Shown in pieces: positions 37,101-49,738 of a DNA stretch of 64,000 bases (position 1 is its first letter; the number at the start of each line of letters is the position of its first letter). The notes under the pieces are model-generated. The model did no database searches and was not told where the DNA came from. It saw nothing but the letters and a program-made list of their open reading frames with translations. A program made the position numbers and the translations under genes. This DNA is from Malacoraja senta (taxonomy: Eukaryota), in NCBI GenBank assembly GCA_038087875.1, contig CM075979.1, positions 85,994,001-86,058,000 of the forward strand, read 5' to 3'.

Positions 37101-40100
37101 AATTAATCAGCTCATCTTTGGGATGCAAGAGAAAATCAAAGCATCTGGGGGAAGCCCATGTGGTCACAAGGAGGGTGTGCAAGCTCCACACACAGAGCAC
37201 TCAAGGTCGCTACTGAGCTTAGGTCTTCGTCGCTGTGCGGCACTAAATGCCATTCTGCTGCTCAATCTTGAATCTGTATTTGCAACATTACATTTATTTT
37301 GGTCAATGCTGATACACATAACATTACAAAACAAGAACATTAGACACTCACATTTCATCAGAAAATTGGTGAAAGACCAAAAGCAAAAAATCTAACTTTT
37401 GAAGATAGACTAAAAATAACATTTATATTTATGAGAGAAATGTACTCATAACTACATTAAATATACCAACAGCTTTTTGTTTGAAATAACAAAAACATAG
37501 GAAATATGTAACAAAAAGTTCCTGAAAACACAAATTCAGTGGGGATTTCCAAAAGATTGCATAAAATTGATAAGACTGTCAAAGAAAGAGTCCAATAGTT
37601 CACATAATGTAATCATTTTTATATGCAACTATTTTTTTTAAAGATCTAGGTATCATGGCATGGCCAGCATTAACTGCCCAACCCTAATTACCCTCGAGAA
37701 AGTGGCAATGACCTGCCTTCTCAAATTGCTTGTCTTTTCGGTGAAGGTGATGGGGAGTTGCAGGATTTAGAGCCAACCCGGGCAATCTACTTCCAGTCAC
37801 CATCAGTAGACGGAAAGGAAATCACAGCAAAAATATTTACCATCACCTCAACAGCTGCAGCAGATGAGAGGAGAAACTCCCCTGGTTGCTGCTGCTGCTG
37901 TTTCCTGTTGTCCTCAATAGTGGTTTCCCTCCTTCTCCAGTACAAAAGCGTCGACAGGCCACAATGGTTGTGATTATAACATTGGGAAGTTAACATTGGG
38001 TAGCCCACTCCAGAGCGCTAAGAATCAGATACCTACCACCACCTGATGTGTCTTGCACACCATCTTGCTGCAGATCAGCTTTAAAATAGAGAGGAATAAC
38101 AATTGAAAGCAAAAGGGAAAAGGTTTAGATAAAAGCCTCAAGCTTCTAGTTTTCACACTATAAAGAGCATAACTGTGAGATCTGACCCCAAATGCATCAA
38201 TTAAAACAAAAAAAACTGAATTAGAATTAGAATTAAGACTTGTACAACATCATAAATCTGTACTTCTGTCGAAATAATATCTAAGGCAACACAGCACATC
38301 CTCTAAGAGCAACACCTTTCAAAATTTGCTAATCATTTATTTAAAGTAATTTATAAGATGTACACTTCTGTATGCCCACTTCTGGCATTGAACATAACAG
38401 ATAGTTTTAGTTTGATCATGTCAATGAGATTGATTTGTTACCATTTATCCAGGCAATTAGGGTAGGGTAACCCTTATCTAGACAATTGCTAGTTTATGGA
38501 TAAATGACTGCTTCATCTGGTTTACCCCAATTAAAAGCTGACTATTAATGGTAAACATGTATCTTAATTTGTGAACATGTAGAACATTGAAGATTAATAT
38601 ATTTTAATTGATTGGAATAATGTAATGTGAATCCATTGCTTAATGTATAGATAACATCAAAATGTGAATGAAAGAAATGCACTTTAAGATACAAAACTTT
38701 TGCTTCTATTTTATTGCTTTATAAACAAGACAGGGATTGATTAGTCAACATGGTTTCCTGCTGGAAAATTCTGTCTCACAAATCTGATCGAGAAGGAAAA
38801 TTGATGAAGACAGGAACATAGACATATTTTACGTGGACTTTGAGTTCTGCAAGGTAGACGGATTCAGAAGTTTAGGGCACATAAGATCTTAGGTTTGTAG
38901 GCAAACTGGAGCCAAAATTTGCTGATAGATGGTAGAGGATAGTAACTGAGGGGTGATTTTCCTGACAGTCTATAACCAGTGGTGTACCAAAGGAATCAGT
39001 GTTGGGACATTAGATGTTTGTCATACGACTTAGATGAACATTTCAGTAGACTGATTAGGTTTGCTTACAACTCAAAAAAATGATAGCCAAGAAGATATGA
39101 AAGTTTACAAAGAGACATGGATCCGTTAGAAAGTTGGGTTAAGCGTCGGCAAATGGACATAGGCCTACAGGTGGCAAATGAGATGTTGAGATTCAGAGTT
39201 GACTTGGATAAATTGGGTCAAACTTCCTGTATCTCTGCTTTGTAACTCTATGCCTACATACACATTCAGTTCCCAAAATGATTAAAAGATCACACACGAG
39301 TACAAGAAGCAGCCATGATCACATTGAATGGCGGTGCTGGCTCAAAGGGCCGAATGGCCTACTCCTGCATCTATTGTCTATTGTCTAAGGCAATGCTTGT
39401 TGCAGATTAAGCTAGGGATGATTTAAAGACATCTAATGTGAGCTAGGTAAACAATCTTTCAGCAAAATATCTCACACTAAAATCATAACAAGCAAAATAC
39501 AGAGTGCTGAATGAATATGGCGGGTCAGGCAACATCCGTGGAGGAAATGGACAGTTGACATTTGAGGTCTAGACCCTATCTTAGACTAGGATCCCAAACC
39601 GAAACATCACCTGTCCATTCTGCCTGGTCTGTCCTTTCACCCTTTTTTATTTTTACTTTTACTATTAGTCCTGTTAAAAAACAAAAGGTTAGTTGGAGGT
39701 CTTTTATGTGGTGGGTGGGGGAGGGGAAGGGGGAAACTTTATTTTCCTAGTCCCTACCTGGTCGAAGAGGCAGCTTCCCTCCGAGCTGCTTCTTCGCCCC
39801 TTCCTCGCGGCCTACCATCGGACTGGAGCAGCGTTTCCTGTCGGGACCGGCCAGGACTACAGCTTCGGCGGCGGCACAGCGCTGGGACACCATCACGGAG
39901 CGGGCGATGCCTTACGGTAAGTGCGGTAAGCTCCGGAGTGCTGTGACCGCTGACTCCAACATCCGAGGAGCTGTGGCTGCGGGCGTCCAGCGCTGGATTT
40001 AAAACACCGCGGAGCCTGGGATCCGAGATTGCCAGAGTCAGAGCTCCAACCAGCGCGGCCTGAGGACTTCGGGTGCCGCGGTCTCCGGGGAGAAAGCGGC

Positions 40101-43100
40101 CTCTCGTCATTGCAAGCCGCTGAGGAGTGTTCACCCGACGCCGGAGTTCCAGCTTCCCGGCAAGAGGGCCTGAAAACATCGGATTGGCTGCGGAGGCCAC
40201 AAATAGGCCCCAACCTCGGGTGATCACAGAGGAAGAGAACTGAACTTTCTGGTGCCTTTCCCCATAGTGGAAATTTTTGATTCTGTTGTGGGGGGACATT
40301 TATGTTGAATTCTATAATGTGTTGTGGTCATTTTTATTTTTTTATTTTTCTATGGATGTACGGAAACTTAATTATTTATTTTATGTAAAGCACTTTGGTT
40401 TCAACGCGAGTTGATTTAAACGTGCTATATAAATAAAACTTACTTACTTACTTACATTCTCACTACAGATGCTGCCTGACCCACCAAGTTCCTCCAGCAC
40501 TTTGCAATTTATTGAAGATTCCAGTATTTTCAGTTTCTTGTGTCTCCAAAATCATAACAACCCAAGACGTATTAACTAGATTTCAGTCCACAAATGTGGC
40601 TCTTTTCTCCATAAGTCACTGGAATGTGAACATGGCAACTCTTGGAGATTTGCAACAATATTTCATGCTGATATTCCTCTTTACCCCACCCAAATTTCTC
40701 TGAGCTTTCAAAATTAAACCTAGGGCCTTGGGAGCCAATCTGCAAGCTATTAAGAGTCATATAACTCTTTTAACTCATATAACCAAGAGATTTGGGGTTT
40801 TTTTAAATTATAGATCAGAAATCATACTTTAAATTTAGTAATGCTAAATCTTGTTAAAACCTAACAAGACAAAGTGCAGATCCCCTGGTCCTGCTGCAAT
40901 GGACTGTTTTGGAAGCAGATTGCGAAAGTATGGGACGAGAAGCGTCACTGAATTTGTATTCTCACAACTTCTTATGATTGCATCATTAGCAAATATATAA
41001 ACCAAATGATAGGAGTTCCTCTATATTGTGTCTTGCTGTCACTTCTATATCTGCAGACAGATATGTAAACAATTTTATAAATTAAAAAAAAAAGTAGCAT
41101 CAATCAATATTCTCAGTAGCTTCATTAAAGCATTATGCACCATAAAATAATTATCATTCAACAATAGTTTTGGTGACTTACCTGGGCTTCTCCGTCTGCA
41201 AATTTGGGCAACCAAATCTTGGAAATATTGAGGCATATATTCAAAGCAGTCGCCATAAGACACTATTTTAATGCCATGCAACAGCATTTCTGCTTGCAAT
41301 TTGTAGAAATGATCATGGCTATCCTTTCGGACCAACATGAAGTGTTCCAAATCTACTTTGTCCTGAACAGAATACAGAAACAGTGCCTGGAAGATCTGGT
41401 CCCGCAGAGTTTCTCCACAGCCCAAAAATACAAAGGACTTGATACGATACAGTTCTTGAAATTCTTCCTGCCAGGGAAAAATAATCCAAAAAGGTTAATC
41501 ATTTTCTCAGGGATTCCTTAATAGGACGGATCACCTTAAGTGCGCAAAGCATATATGACTGTAAAAAACATAATACACTGGATGGCAATAAGGTTCTTGA
41601 TACCTCAGATCAGATTAAATTAATGACACATTGTTGTAAAGTTCAATAAAGGGTAGCATTAATACTGATGGATCAAATTTTCAAAGACAGCTTGCGGATG
41701 AATTGTCGAGCTAATGCATGTTTGGGCGAGAACCAGGTGGGAAAAAGCAAGTCAGTGAGTGGATAAATGAATGAAATAAAGAGAAATTTACCTGACTGAT
41801 CTTTGAATGTGCTGACAATGCACCTATTATTTTATGAATACAATATTGGCTATTTTATCAATATAGAATGGAGACATCTTTATCAATGACCTAAAATACT
41901 ATCAAACAATGCAGCTATTTAAATAGAACTGATTTTGGAATTATTCACTGTTCACAGATATGCAAAATGTTTAAGTAACAGTGATATTGTCCTTGTATCA
42001 ACAGGTCAGGTTGCTTTGACACCCAAACGATAGTTTACATTTAATTCATCACAAACAGGAATACTATCTGAAGCTAAAATTGTAATTCATGCCAAATAAA
42101 CAAAAGAAACAATCGATAAAGTTAGCTGATTAATGGCATAAAATTGCATTAAAAAAATACAAAAGCAAAATTTAAAAAAAATCAGAAGCTAAATTTAAGT
42201 CGAAATTGGCTTCGCAATAAATAGGTTCTGCCACAACGGTTGAATTTGCACACAGAAACAAATATAATTTGGTTCAAAAAGTAGCCACTATGAATGTTAA
42301 TTAAGATTTCAGTGTATTTTGTAAGCAGAAAGCTTCCTACTAATCGTGCGTCAATACTTTGAAAAGAATCAATAATTAACAATAAAACTAGCTTAAATTT
42401 GAACCAAATCCATAAAATATGTATATATGCTTTTCAAACCTAAAGGATATCTTTAAAAAGTATGGAATCTGTGAGATTCACGCAAATATTCATACAGATA
42501 GCACGCAAAGCAAAGTATATCTTGGAGCTCAAAGCAATAATAAACTACACAATGGTCTATTTGTTCCAGCTATGTTTATTATGGTAATATACAGAAGTAA
42601 TCTCATAATATATCCACATTTCTTCCTCATTGTTGAAGCCAAATCTTACCATGCCTTCCTTCCATTTTTGTTTAGTTTAGTTTAGAGATATTGCGTGGAA
42701 ACAGGCCAATCAGCCTACTATGACCATGCTGACCATCGATCACCCATACACTAGTTCGATGCTATTCAATCCTACACACAGAGGGTAATTTACAGAAGCC
42801 AATTAACCCATACACCTCTTTGCAATGTGGGAGGAAACCAGAGCACCCGAAGGAAATCCATGCTGTCACAGGGAGAACATACAAACACCACACAGACAGC
42901 ACCCATAGTCAGGATCGAACCTGGGTCTCTGGCGTTGTGAGGTAGCAGCTCTAGTCTTTTGGCCTTACAGGTAGCAGTTTTAGTAAACTTTTACAAATGT
43001 TATATCACATATACCTTTGAAAACCTTTCAAATTAAATGTCGCTTTAAAAAAGTTCAAAATCAATGCTTACCATTAAATCTTGATCGTGCATTACATCCT

Positions 43101-46100
43101 TGTATCCTGATGGGTCCAATACCAGGCCACAGGGATCCGTAAAAAGTCCGTGAATGTGAAGGACACTGTACTTTTGTAAACCTCTTGCCCATTGAACTAC
43201 CTGTAATGCACAAAGTATATGAAAATGAAAATCAACGAATGGATGATGCATAATAAAAACTGTCAATGCCTGGTCCTGAAGTTATTTTCCTAAAACGGTT
43301 AACATTTCTTCTGAAAATCCTTTCATTCTTGGCCCACATTAAGTCACTTCCTGCAGCTTCCTCTGCAAGATCTAAAGAGACAATTCCTTTATTTGTACAA
43401 ATCTCATTTTTGAAGAAAAAAAATACAAACCTTTTCTTTGCACTTAAGATCTACAGATTCCATAGGTTTGCCTTGTTGTTGACCAAAAATCTCAAGCAGG
43501 TTATCATAGTTTGTGGTGAGAACCATTGTTCCCTGATCCATAAGCTGGAGAATGGCATCAAAGAGCATGGGATTTTGAATTTGACTGTGAAGATTATCAA
43601 ACACCTCCATCAAACAATCCTGGAAGAAATTTGGCTTTGTATCTCCAGTTCTCTGTAAACAAATGGAAATATTTGTTAAGACATATAGTCAAGTATGTCT
43701 AAATTCTTCCAAACCATGATCAGCTATTGAAAGAACGAAGAGAGCATGAAATGTATTGAATTATTTATTATTTATGGCTTTAAAAGTACAGAAACTTGGC
43801 CGTCTAGTATTATGCATTACACATTTGTGCAAAGAATCATAATGAACGGCAAGTCAGTTAACAAAATGTAAATATTTAGAAAACTGTCATATATCAAATC
43901 AGAGTGAAATAAGTACATGGGAGCATGAATCAAAGTGAACCTACTCAGATTATTTCCACATTTGGGTCCAATCAAAACCTTCATAAATCATTTAACCAAC
44001 TGGTGTAACCCACTCGGTGGGTAAAGAATACGTTCATTTTCCTTTTAATTACTATTAATTCATTATATTGGCTTTCTTTGGCAGGCAACAGGACAAAATA
44101 AAAAAATCATGCACACAACTCTCACCATCTCCATGATATTTACATGTGATTTTAGAACACAGTTCAATGTCTGTCAGCCTGCACTATATTTATCAAGCTG
44201 CTTGCTGCCCAGTGCTATTCCTTTTCTGCTTAGTGAGCTATTTTGATCTCCAATGATCAGATGAGAATGAAGCATCAAACAGAACATTTAATGGTTTTCA
44301 TATTTTATCACCCATAGAACCATACACGTTCACAACACAGAACAAGTCATTTAGTATATTGTCAGTTCTTCATTAAAGTGATCAAAATTTAATCTCACCT
44401 CCTCAGGACACCCACAGTTTCAAATATTTATCCAATATTTATTCCATTGAATATCTATTTATGCCCCTTCTATTCTTTCCAAAATGTAGTGTCCCATATT
44501 TACCCCATTAAAATATTATCATTCTTCTTTTAAAACATGGTTCATTTTTTGATATCTTTGTGCCTTGGTCTTTGTTTTTTGTGTCTAAATGTAAAGAGTT
44601 AGCAGCAGATGACTAGGGATTAACAGATAGAAAGTGGGGGCAAGCAAGCACACTTTGCACTGGCGTTTTACCTAGCTTGCACATGTTCCCATCCCCTCCG
44701 TGGAACATTTATAAAAGAATGCTAATGCAGAGACAAAGTAAAAAATCATTTCATGTGCATATATTGCACAACACTGTTATGGTTAATTAGAAGATTGTGG
44801 TTGGTTTTGCCTGCTTATTCACAAAAGTTTAGTCAAGTTATGCCATTTTTTAAAAACATACTGTCAGGCCACGGACAGCTTTGTCATAAGGATGTGATTA
44901 AAGCAGAAATCAATTCCTACTAGGGGTTGAGTGGATAAATGTTTGTAGCTGAAGAAAGCCGAAGAAAAAGGAAGGGCAATGAGCTAACAGAGTCAATGAT
45001 GGAAATGATCCTGTTCTGTGTTCTATGCTTCCATGGGAGACGAGAAAGCAAAAATGGATTCCTCTATTCAGGAGTACAAGATCCTTTTGTTATATAGTGA
45101 TACATCATTTTCATTTATTTCTTGGAAATATGAATAGCTTTATTCCTATCTGCCAATTCTGCCCTTTTAAAATATTTGTATCTTCTGACCCTCTGCAGCC
45201 ATTTAGCCCTCTCACCCCTTGGGAAATGAAAGAAGAAACAGTGCACCTATGGGAAAGGAAGTGCAACACTTGCATGAGAAATTGCTGTACATGCACCACA
45301 GAAAACAGGTAAGGTTAACAAGAACTAAGGAAAGCCATATAGTTAGTATAGGAACAACAAATAAATACAAGACAAGGTTCTGCATGGTAGGCTGCTCTGG
45401 AAGGTTAGATCGCATGGGATCCAAGGAAAGATAGCTCAATGGAGAGCAAATTGGTTCCCTGGAAGGAAGCAGAGAGTGATGGTGGAAGGTAGCTTCTCAG
45501 ATGGAGGCCAGTGACTAGTGGTGTGCCTCAGGGTTCGGTGCTGGGCCCGTTACTGTTTGTCATCTACATCAATGATTTGGATGAAAACATACAGGGCAAG
45601 ATGAGCAAGTTTGCTGATGATACAAAAGTGGGTGGTTTTGCAGATAGTGAAGATGGTTGTGAAAGATTGCAGCAGGATCTGGATCGATTGGCCAGGTGGG
45701 CTGAGGAATGGTTGATGGAATTTAATAGAGAAGTGTGAGGTGTTGCATTATGGGACTTCTAACAAGGGCAGGACCTACACAGTGAATGGTAGGCCCCTGG
45801 GACTGTTGTAGAGCAGAGGGATCTAGGAGTGCAGGTGTATGGTTCCTTGATGGTCGAGTCGCAGGTAGATAAAGTGGTCAAAAAGGCTTTTGGCACAATG
45901 GCCTTCATCCGTCAGAGTATTGAGTATAGAAGTTGGGAGATCATGTTGCAGTTGTATAAGACGTTGGTGAGACCACATTTAGAATAATGTGTTCAGTTCT
46001 TGGCACCATGTTATAGGAAAAATATTATCAAGCTTGAAGGGGTTCAGAGAAAATTTATGTGGGATGTTGCCAGGACCAGAGGGTGTGAGCTATAGGGAGA

Positions 46101-48359
46101 GGTTGAGTAGGCTGGGTCTACTTGGAGCACAGGAGGATGAGGGTGATCTTTTATAGGTATACAAAATCATGAGAGTAATAGATCAGGTAGATGCACAGAG
46201 TCTCTTGCCCAGAGTAGGACCAGAGGAATTGAGGACCAGAGGAAATAGGTTCAAGTTGAAGGGGAAAAGATTTAATAAGAATCTGAGGTGTAACCATAAT
46301 ATATATATATAGAGAGAGAGAGACATATTTGTTCTATGACCATGACAAATTCAAGAATGATTAGCCAAATGTTTGTGGAGCATAATGGCACAGCTGTGAC
46401 AAAAATACATTAATTGAATTCTGACACAAGAGACTGTACACACTGAATTCTGGTGGCAAAGGAAATGAGTGTGAGGTTTCCATCAACTGCTTTGGGGAAA
46501 TCCATGTTTCTTGAAAGAGAACATTACCGAAGTCCTAGAGTGGAAAGCATCTTGAGAGCAGATGCAGCAGAGATAGAGAAACCGAGAGAAGGGGATGGAA
46601 TTCTTACAGGAGACATCTCATGGATAGTTTGAGATGGAGACAGATAGATACAGAAAAGGAAGAGACGTATCAGAAATTGTCAAGGGGAACACAAGAGCAG
46701 GGTGGAAGTTGGCAACAAAGGTATAAAATTTACGAATTCCACACAAGTAGAGGAAGAAACACCAATACCATTGTCAATGCAGTGGAGGAAGAGTTGGTCA
46801 GGGGGTGCCACAACAGACAGTCATAGTTGGGGTCATTGCTGATTTGTAGGAAGTGGGAGAAACCAAAGGATAAATTGTTGTGGGTAGTAACAAGTTCTGC
46901 TAGGCAGAATAGAGTGTTGGTAGAGGGGAATTAGTTGGATCTTTGTTCTAGAATGAGGCAGAGAACCCCAAGACTTTTCTGAAGAGGAACGGAGGAGAGA
47001 CTGGACGTACATGGTAAAGTTGAGTAGGTTGAGACCATGGATTGAAAGTTGTAAAAATGGTGGAAGGCATGAGAGGTGCCCTGGATGTAGGTAGGAAGGG
47101 ACTGGACAAGTCAAGTCAAGTTTATTCGTCACATACACATACGAGATGTGCAGTGAAATGAAAAGGGGAGACAGGATAGAGTTGAGGTATGAAAAGATAT
47201 GTTCGGTAGGTCAAGAACAGGCAGAAATAATTAATGTACCATTGCAGTGTTATTTATAGAACTTAGATGTGAGTAGTGCACAGTTGGGGCACTATCAGTT
47301 TGGAAGCTGTATTGGGAAAATGTTTTGATGTGATAAGATCTGTAATAGTCCAAGAAAGACTTGTTTTTTCGCAGGGACAGAGGAGTCAAGGGGGCTTTTC
47401 CCAAAACAACATATTCACCAGCAACAATGTTACCCAATAGGTTAGAATGGAGGTGGAAGGCAAAGCAAGTGACTCATAGCAAATAGTCTATTATTCAGCA
47501 AAAGTGCTTATTTTGTACCAAAAGCTAGTAAGTAAAGAGCAGAAGTAACAGGTAATTTTTCCAGAACAAAAATGTATGAGTCCAGGATAGTTAAATATAA
47601 ATTGTGGGCATAAAACTGTACATTTACTTCCACCCACACTCTGGATCGCTACAGCATTTTCAGTCAACAGAGCCATTTTCTTAGTCTTAACAGGATATTA
47701 AAATGACATATTTTCAGGGAAGAGTCAGTAAGTGCACACAATGGCATCAGCTAATAAGGGTACCAGGAAAAGAACAGTGTGTGAAGGGACCAGCTAGTGG
47801 GTGTCAAACAAACTAATCTCAAATGGTTTTGACAGATGGAGAGAAAATAAAGAGAGATCAATATTTTATGATATTGGGTAACAAAACTAAACAATTTTAA
47901 TCTCGTATTTATTCACAGGAACAAAACATACACAAGTCAGAATTACATTACAAGATAAAGTTTTAACTACTTTTTAAAATTAAAAACTAAATTATATGGT
48001 TTATTATGTTCAAGCATCAACTACATAAATAAAACAGTGTAACCAAGCTTATAGGCCTTTAACATCTGCACATTTTCTTCTAGAGTGCAAAGTACAATTG
48101 ACTTACTGGTGACATTTTCCGTATTATATCATGGGCAAGTACAAGCAGATCCCGATCTTCGGTTACTTTTTGTCGGAACTCCCCAATATCGGACGGATGG
48201 AGAACCTCTAGATCCTCAGCTGCGTTAATTACTGCTTCAATGCAGCTTCGCCATGAACAGAGCGCAGGTATATGTGGAGCAACAGCAGCACTCACTCCAG
48301 TTCCAATCACCAACAGCAATTCAGAAGGTTCTTTGCGAGTCAGACTTTTCAGGAATTTC
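30666..48359 (-). CDS. FAM118A: FAM118A, SIR2-like domain protein; 7 confidently placed coding exons, N-terminal exons uncertain
   Basis: Spliced translation [86 protein letters not shown] follows human FAM118A as I recall it. Confidence 0.95.
31521..31601 (-). CDS. FAM118A: FAM118A exon (81 nt) [27 protein letters not shown] (bipartite NLS-like)
   Basis: ttgcAG / GTacat; matches human GNACQDCAKRKLEENG. Confidence 0.88.
32211..33562. mobile_element. Non-autonomous pogo/Tigger-like (Tc1-mariner) DNA transposon inserted in an old CR1 fragment
   Basis: 25-bp TIRs CCGTATTTCCCAGCATTGAAGACGC / CCGTATTTCCCGCCAATGAAGACGC; TA at right flank, CA at left. Confidence 0.8.
32608..33310. repeat. GC-rich minisatellite of about 18-20-bp variant monomers sharing CCCAGGTC
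   Basis: Recurring GGCTGCAGTTCCCAGGTC / GCTCGCTTGCCCCAGGTC / GGCTGTAGCGCCCAGGTC / GGCTGCGTGCCCCGGGAAT. Confidence 0.9.
34134..34173. repeat. (TA)n microsatellite
   Basis: About 20 TA units. Confidence 0.95.
34973..35008 (-). CDS. FAM118A: FAM118A exon (36 nt) [12 protein letters not shown]
   Basis: ttttttttcAG / GTaagg; phase 1-1; resembles human DADRVDSTTLL. Confidence 0.8.
35150..36300 (+). mobile_element. Degraded Penelope-like element: GIY-YIG endonuclease region and 3' UTR
   Basis: Decayed coding CNDRR*NTC (Cys motif), SNLI.CIQCS and IGETK; pyrimidine-rich 3' region with CCACCTATCA. Confidence 0.7.
38037..38078 (-). CDS. FAM118A: Candidate additional FAM118A exon (42 nt) [14 protein letters not shown]
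   Basis: ttcctctctattttaaAG acceptor, GTaggt donor, phase 1-1, open frame; no homology support. Confidence 0.45.
39622..40454 (+). mobile_element. GC-rich non-autonomous retroelement with L2-type 3' tail
   Basis: TSD CATTCT (39616-39621, 40455-40460); tail TGTAAAGCACTTTG..TGCTATATAAATAAAA(CTTA)n. Confidence 0.7.
41182..41467 (-). CDS. FAM118A: FAM118A exon (286 nt) [27 protein letters not shown]...QICRRRSP
   Basis: tggcAG / GTaagt; ends phase 1. Confidence 0.95.
42670..42955 (-). mobile_element. V-SINE (HE1-like)
   Basis: B-box (ggatcgaacc on +), tgggaggaaacc core, tttagtttag tail. Confidence 0.85.
43072..43200 (-). CDS. FAM118A: FAM118A exon (129 nt) [43 protein letters not shown]
   Basis: ttacAG / GTaagc; HG catalytic motif. 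Confidence 0.95.
43431..43652 (-). CDS. FAM118A: FAM118A exon (222 nt) [19 protein letters not shown]...TTNYDNLLE...DLKCKEK
   Basis: ttacAG / GTttgt; TTNYD sirtuin motif. Confidence 0.95.
45370..46295 (+). mobile_element. CR1 LINE RT / 3' fragment
   Basis: [23 protein letters not shown] with downstream frameshifts. Confidence 0.9.
46480..47290 (-). mobile_element. Degraded Penelope-like RT fragment, interrupted by a short LINE tail (about 47108-47160)
   Basis: Minus strand [29 protein letters not shown] resembles the Penelope RT segment; the insert ends AATAAA(CTTGA)n. Confidence 0.6.
48107..48359 (-). CDS. FAM118A: FAM118A exon (253 nt) [23 protein letters not shown]...HDIIRKMSP
   Basis: ctgaAG / GTaagt; starts phase 2, ends phase 0. 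Confidence 0.95.
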
Positions 48360-48533
48360 CTTCAGAATGTACATTAAAAAAATGTGACTTAATATAACAA
48401 CCAATGTCTTCCTTATTCTCACACATTCAGATATAAATAGACTGCCGCAAACAAGCTTCATAAGATGTTGGTAACTCCTTTGGCTAATAAACCAAAATGC
48501 AAAAGTAAACCCATCAATTAATTATATATACAG

Positions 48534-48870
48534 TAGCGCGACGATAAGCCCGAAATTAAGGCGAGGAGCCAGGTGTTTCAGGAGGAATTTTATTCGCTGT
48601 CGTGGCCCTCGATTGGTGGGCATGTGGGCATTGTGACATCAGCAGCTGGCAAGCAGCGATTATTTTTTTTAAAGTGAGTTTCGTGAACATCTTTATTCAA
48701 AATCTTGGGAAATAATTGACCAAATTAGAGAGGAGTGGATTTCTGAAATCATAAGTTAAATCCCTACAGAAATATGTAAAAGTCTCCGCGTTTTTGCGTC
48801 TGGTTTTCGAGGAGATACGTTTCAAAGGCAAAATGACACACACCCACACAGAGTTTTAAAAGTATATAGA
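48534..48870 (-). mobile_element. Helitron-like fragment (family B head)
   Basis: A|TCTATATACTTTTAAAACTCTG 5' end; shares tcctcgaaaac, ttttacatatt, tgttcac and gtcacaatg blocks with 5967-6220; 3' CTAG not clear. Confidence 0.5.
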
Positions 48871-49738
48871 TAGATATGATATGATGATATATGATATGAT
48901 TATGTTATACACTTAGATTTCAAGCTCTCAGTTACAACTTTTATTAAATAAAAACAAATAAAATTCCTTCATTTCAATCAATATATTGTGTAACATGCTG
49001 TTCTCTCACTTCTGTTCGCATCTTGTTTGACAACTTTTTAGGAGAACAGAAGAGAAAAATGTGTTGAAATTTACATTTTGCTGTTTCCTAATCCACTTAA
49101 TTATTTGCAAGGCAACTCTTTGACATCTTGCCGATTTGAAAAATCTATATTTTGCACCCATCTGATCATCACATACCCTTTTCCTTATATTGTTTAAACA
49201 TTAGTAATATGAAATGAAGGCTTTGGAACTTCATCTTTAACCATATCTCCCAGTTTTGAAAACTACCTCTGTTAGTCCTGCCACAATAATTCTTACACAA
49301 AGTGCTGGAGTAATTTTCTATTTCACCAGAGATGCTGTCTGACCCGCTGAATTACTAAAGCACATTGTGTCTTTTTTTGTAAACCAGCATCTGCAGTTCT
49401 TTGTTTCTACAATAAATCTTACATTCTCTATCCCATTTATTTACCTTGACTTCTGCTCAATGCTTCGAGAAGGGTTAATCAAATCCATGTGTACCTAAAA
49501 ATAAAAGTGATACTAAATATTAATCAATATGGAAATTTCAAATTCCAGTTTACTAAAGTAATATTTCTAAAGTCAACATACAGACGCCAGGAGCATTAGA
49601 GCATTAGAGATGGTCAGACATCTAAAACAAAAAAAGTAAAATGTTAGAAATAGATCAGGACATTATCTGTGGCAGGAGGTCAGAGTTTAAGCTTAAAGTT
49701 GTTGACCTTTCTGCAAGTCATTGACCTTAAATGCTAAC

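Noticed and set aside
512-48359. SMC ATPase next to a SIR2 effector, reminiscent of bacterial Lamassu-Sir2 defence operons
   Set aside because: These are spliced, convergent vertebrate genes. SMC1B is a cohesin paralogue and the adjacency is known vertebrate synteny, with no evidence of functional coupling.
30666-48359. FAM118B assignment
   Set aside because: [28 protein letters not shown] and the GGS* terminus are FAM118A-type.
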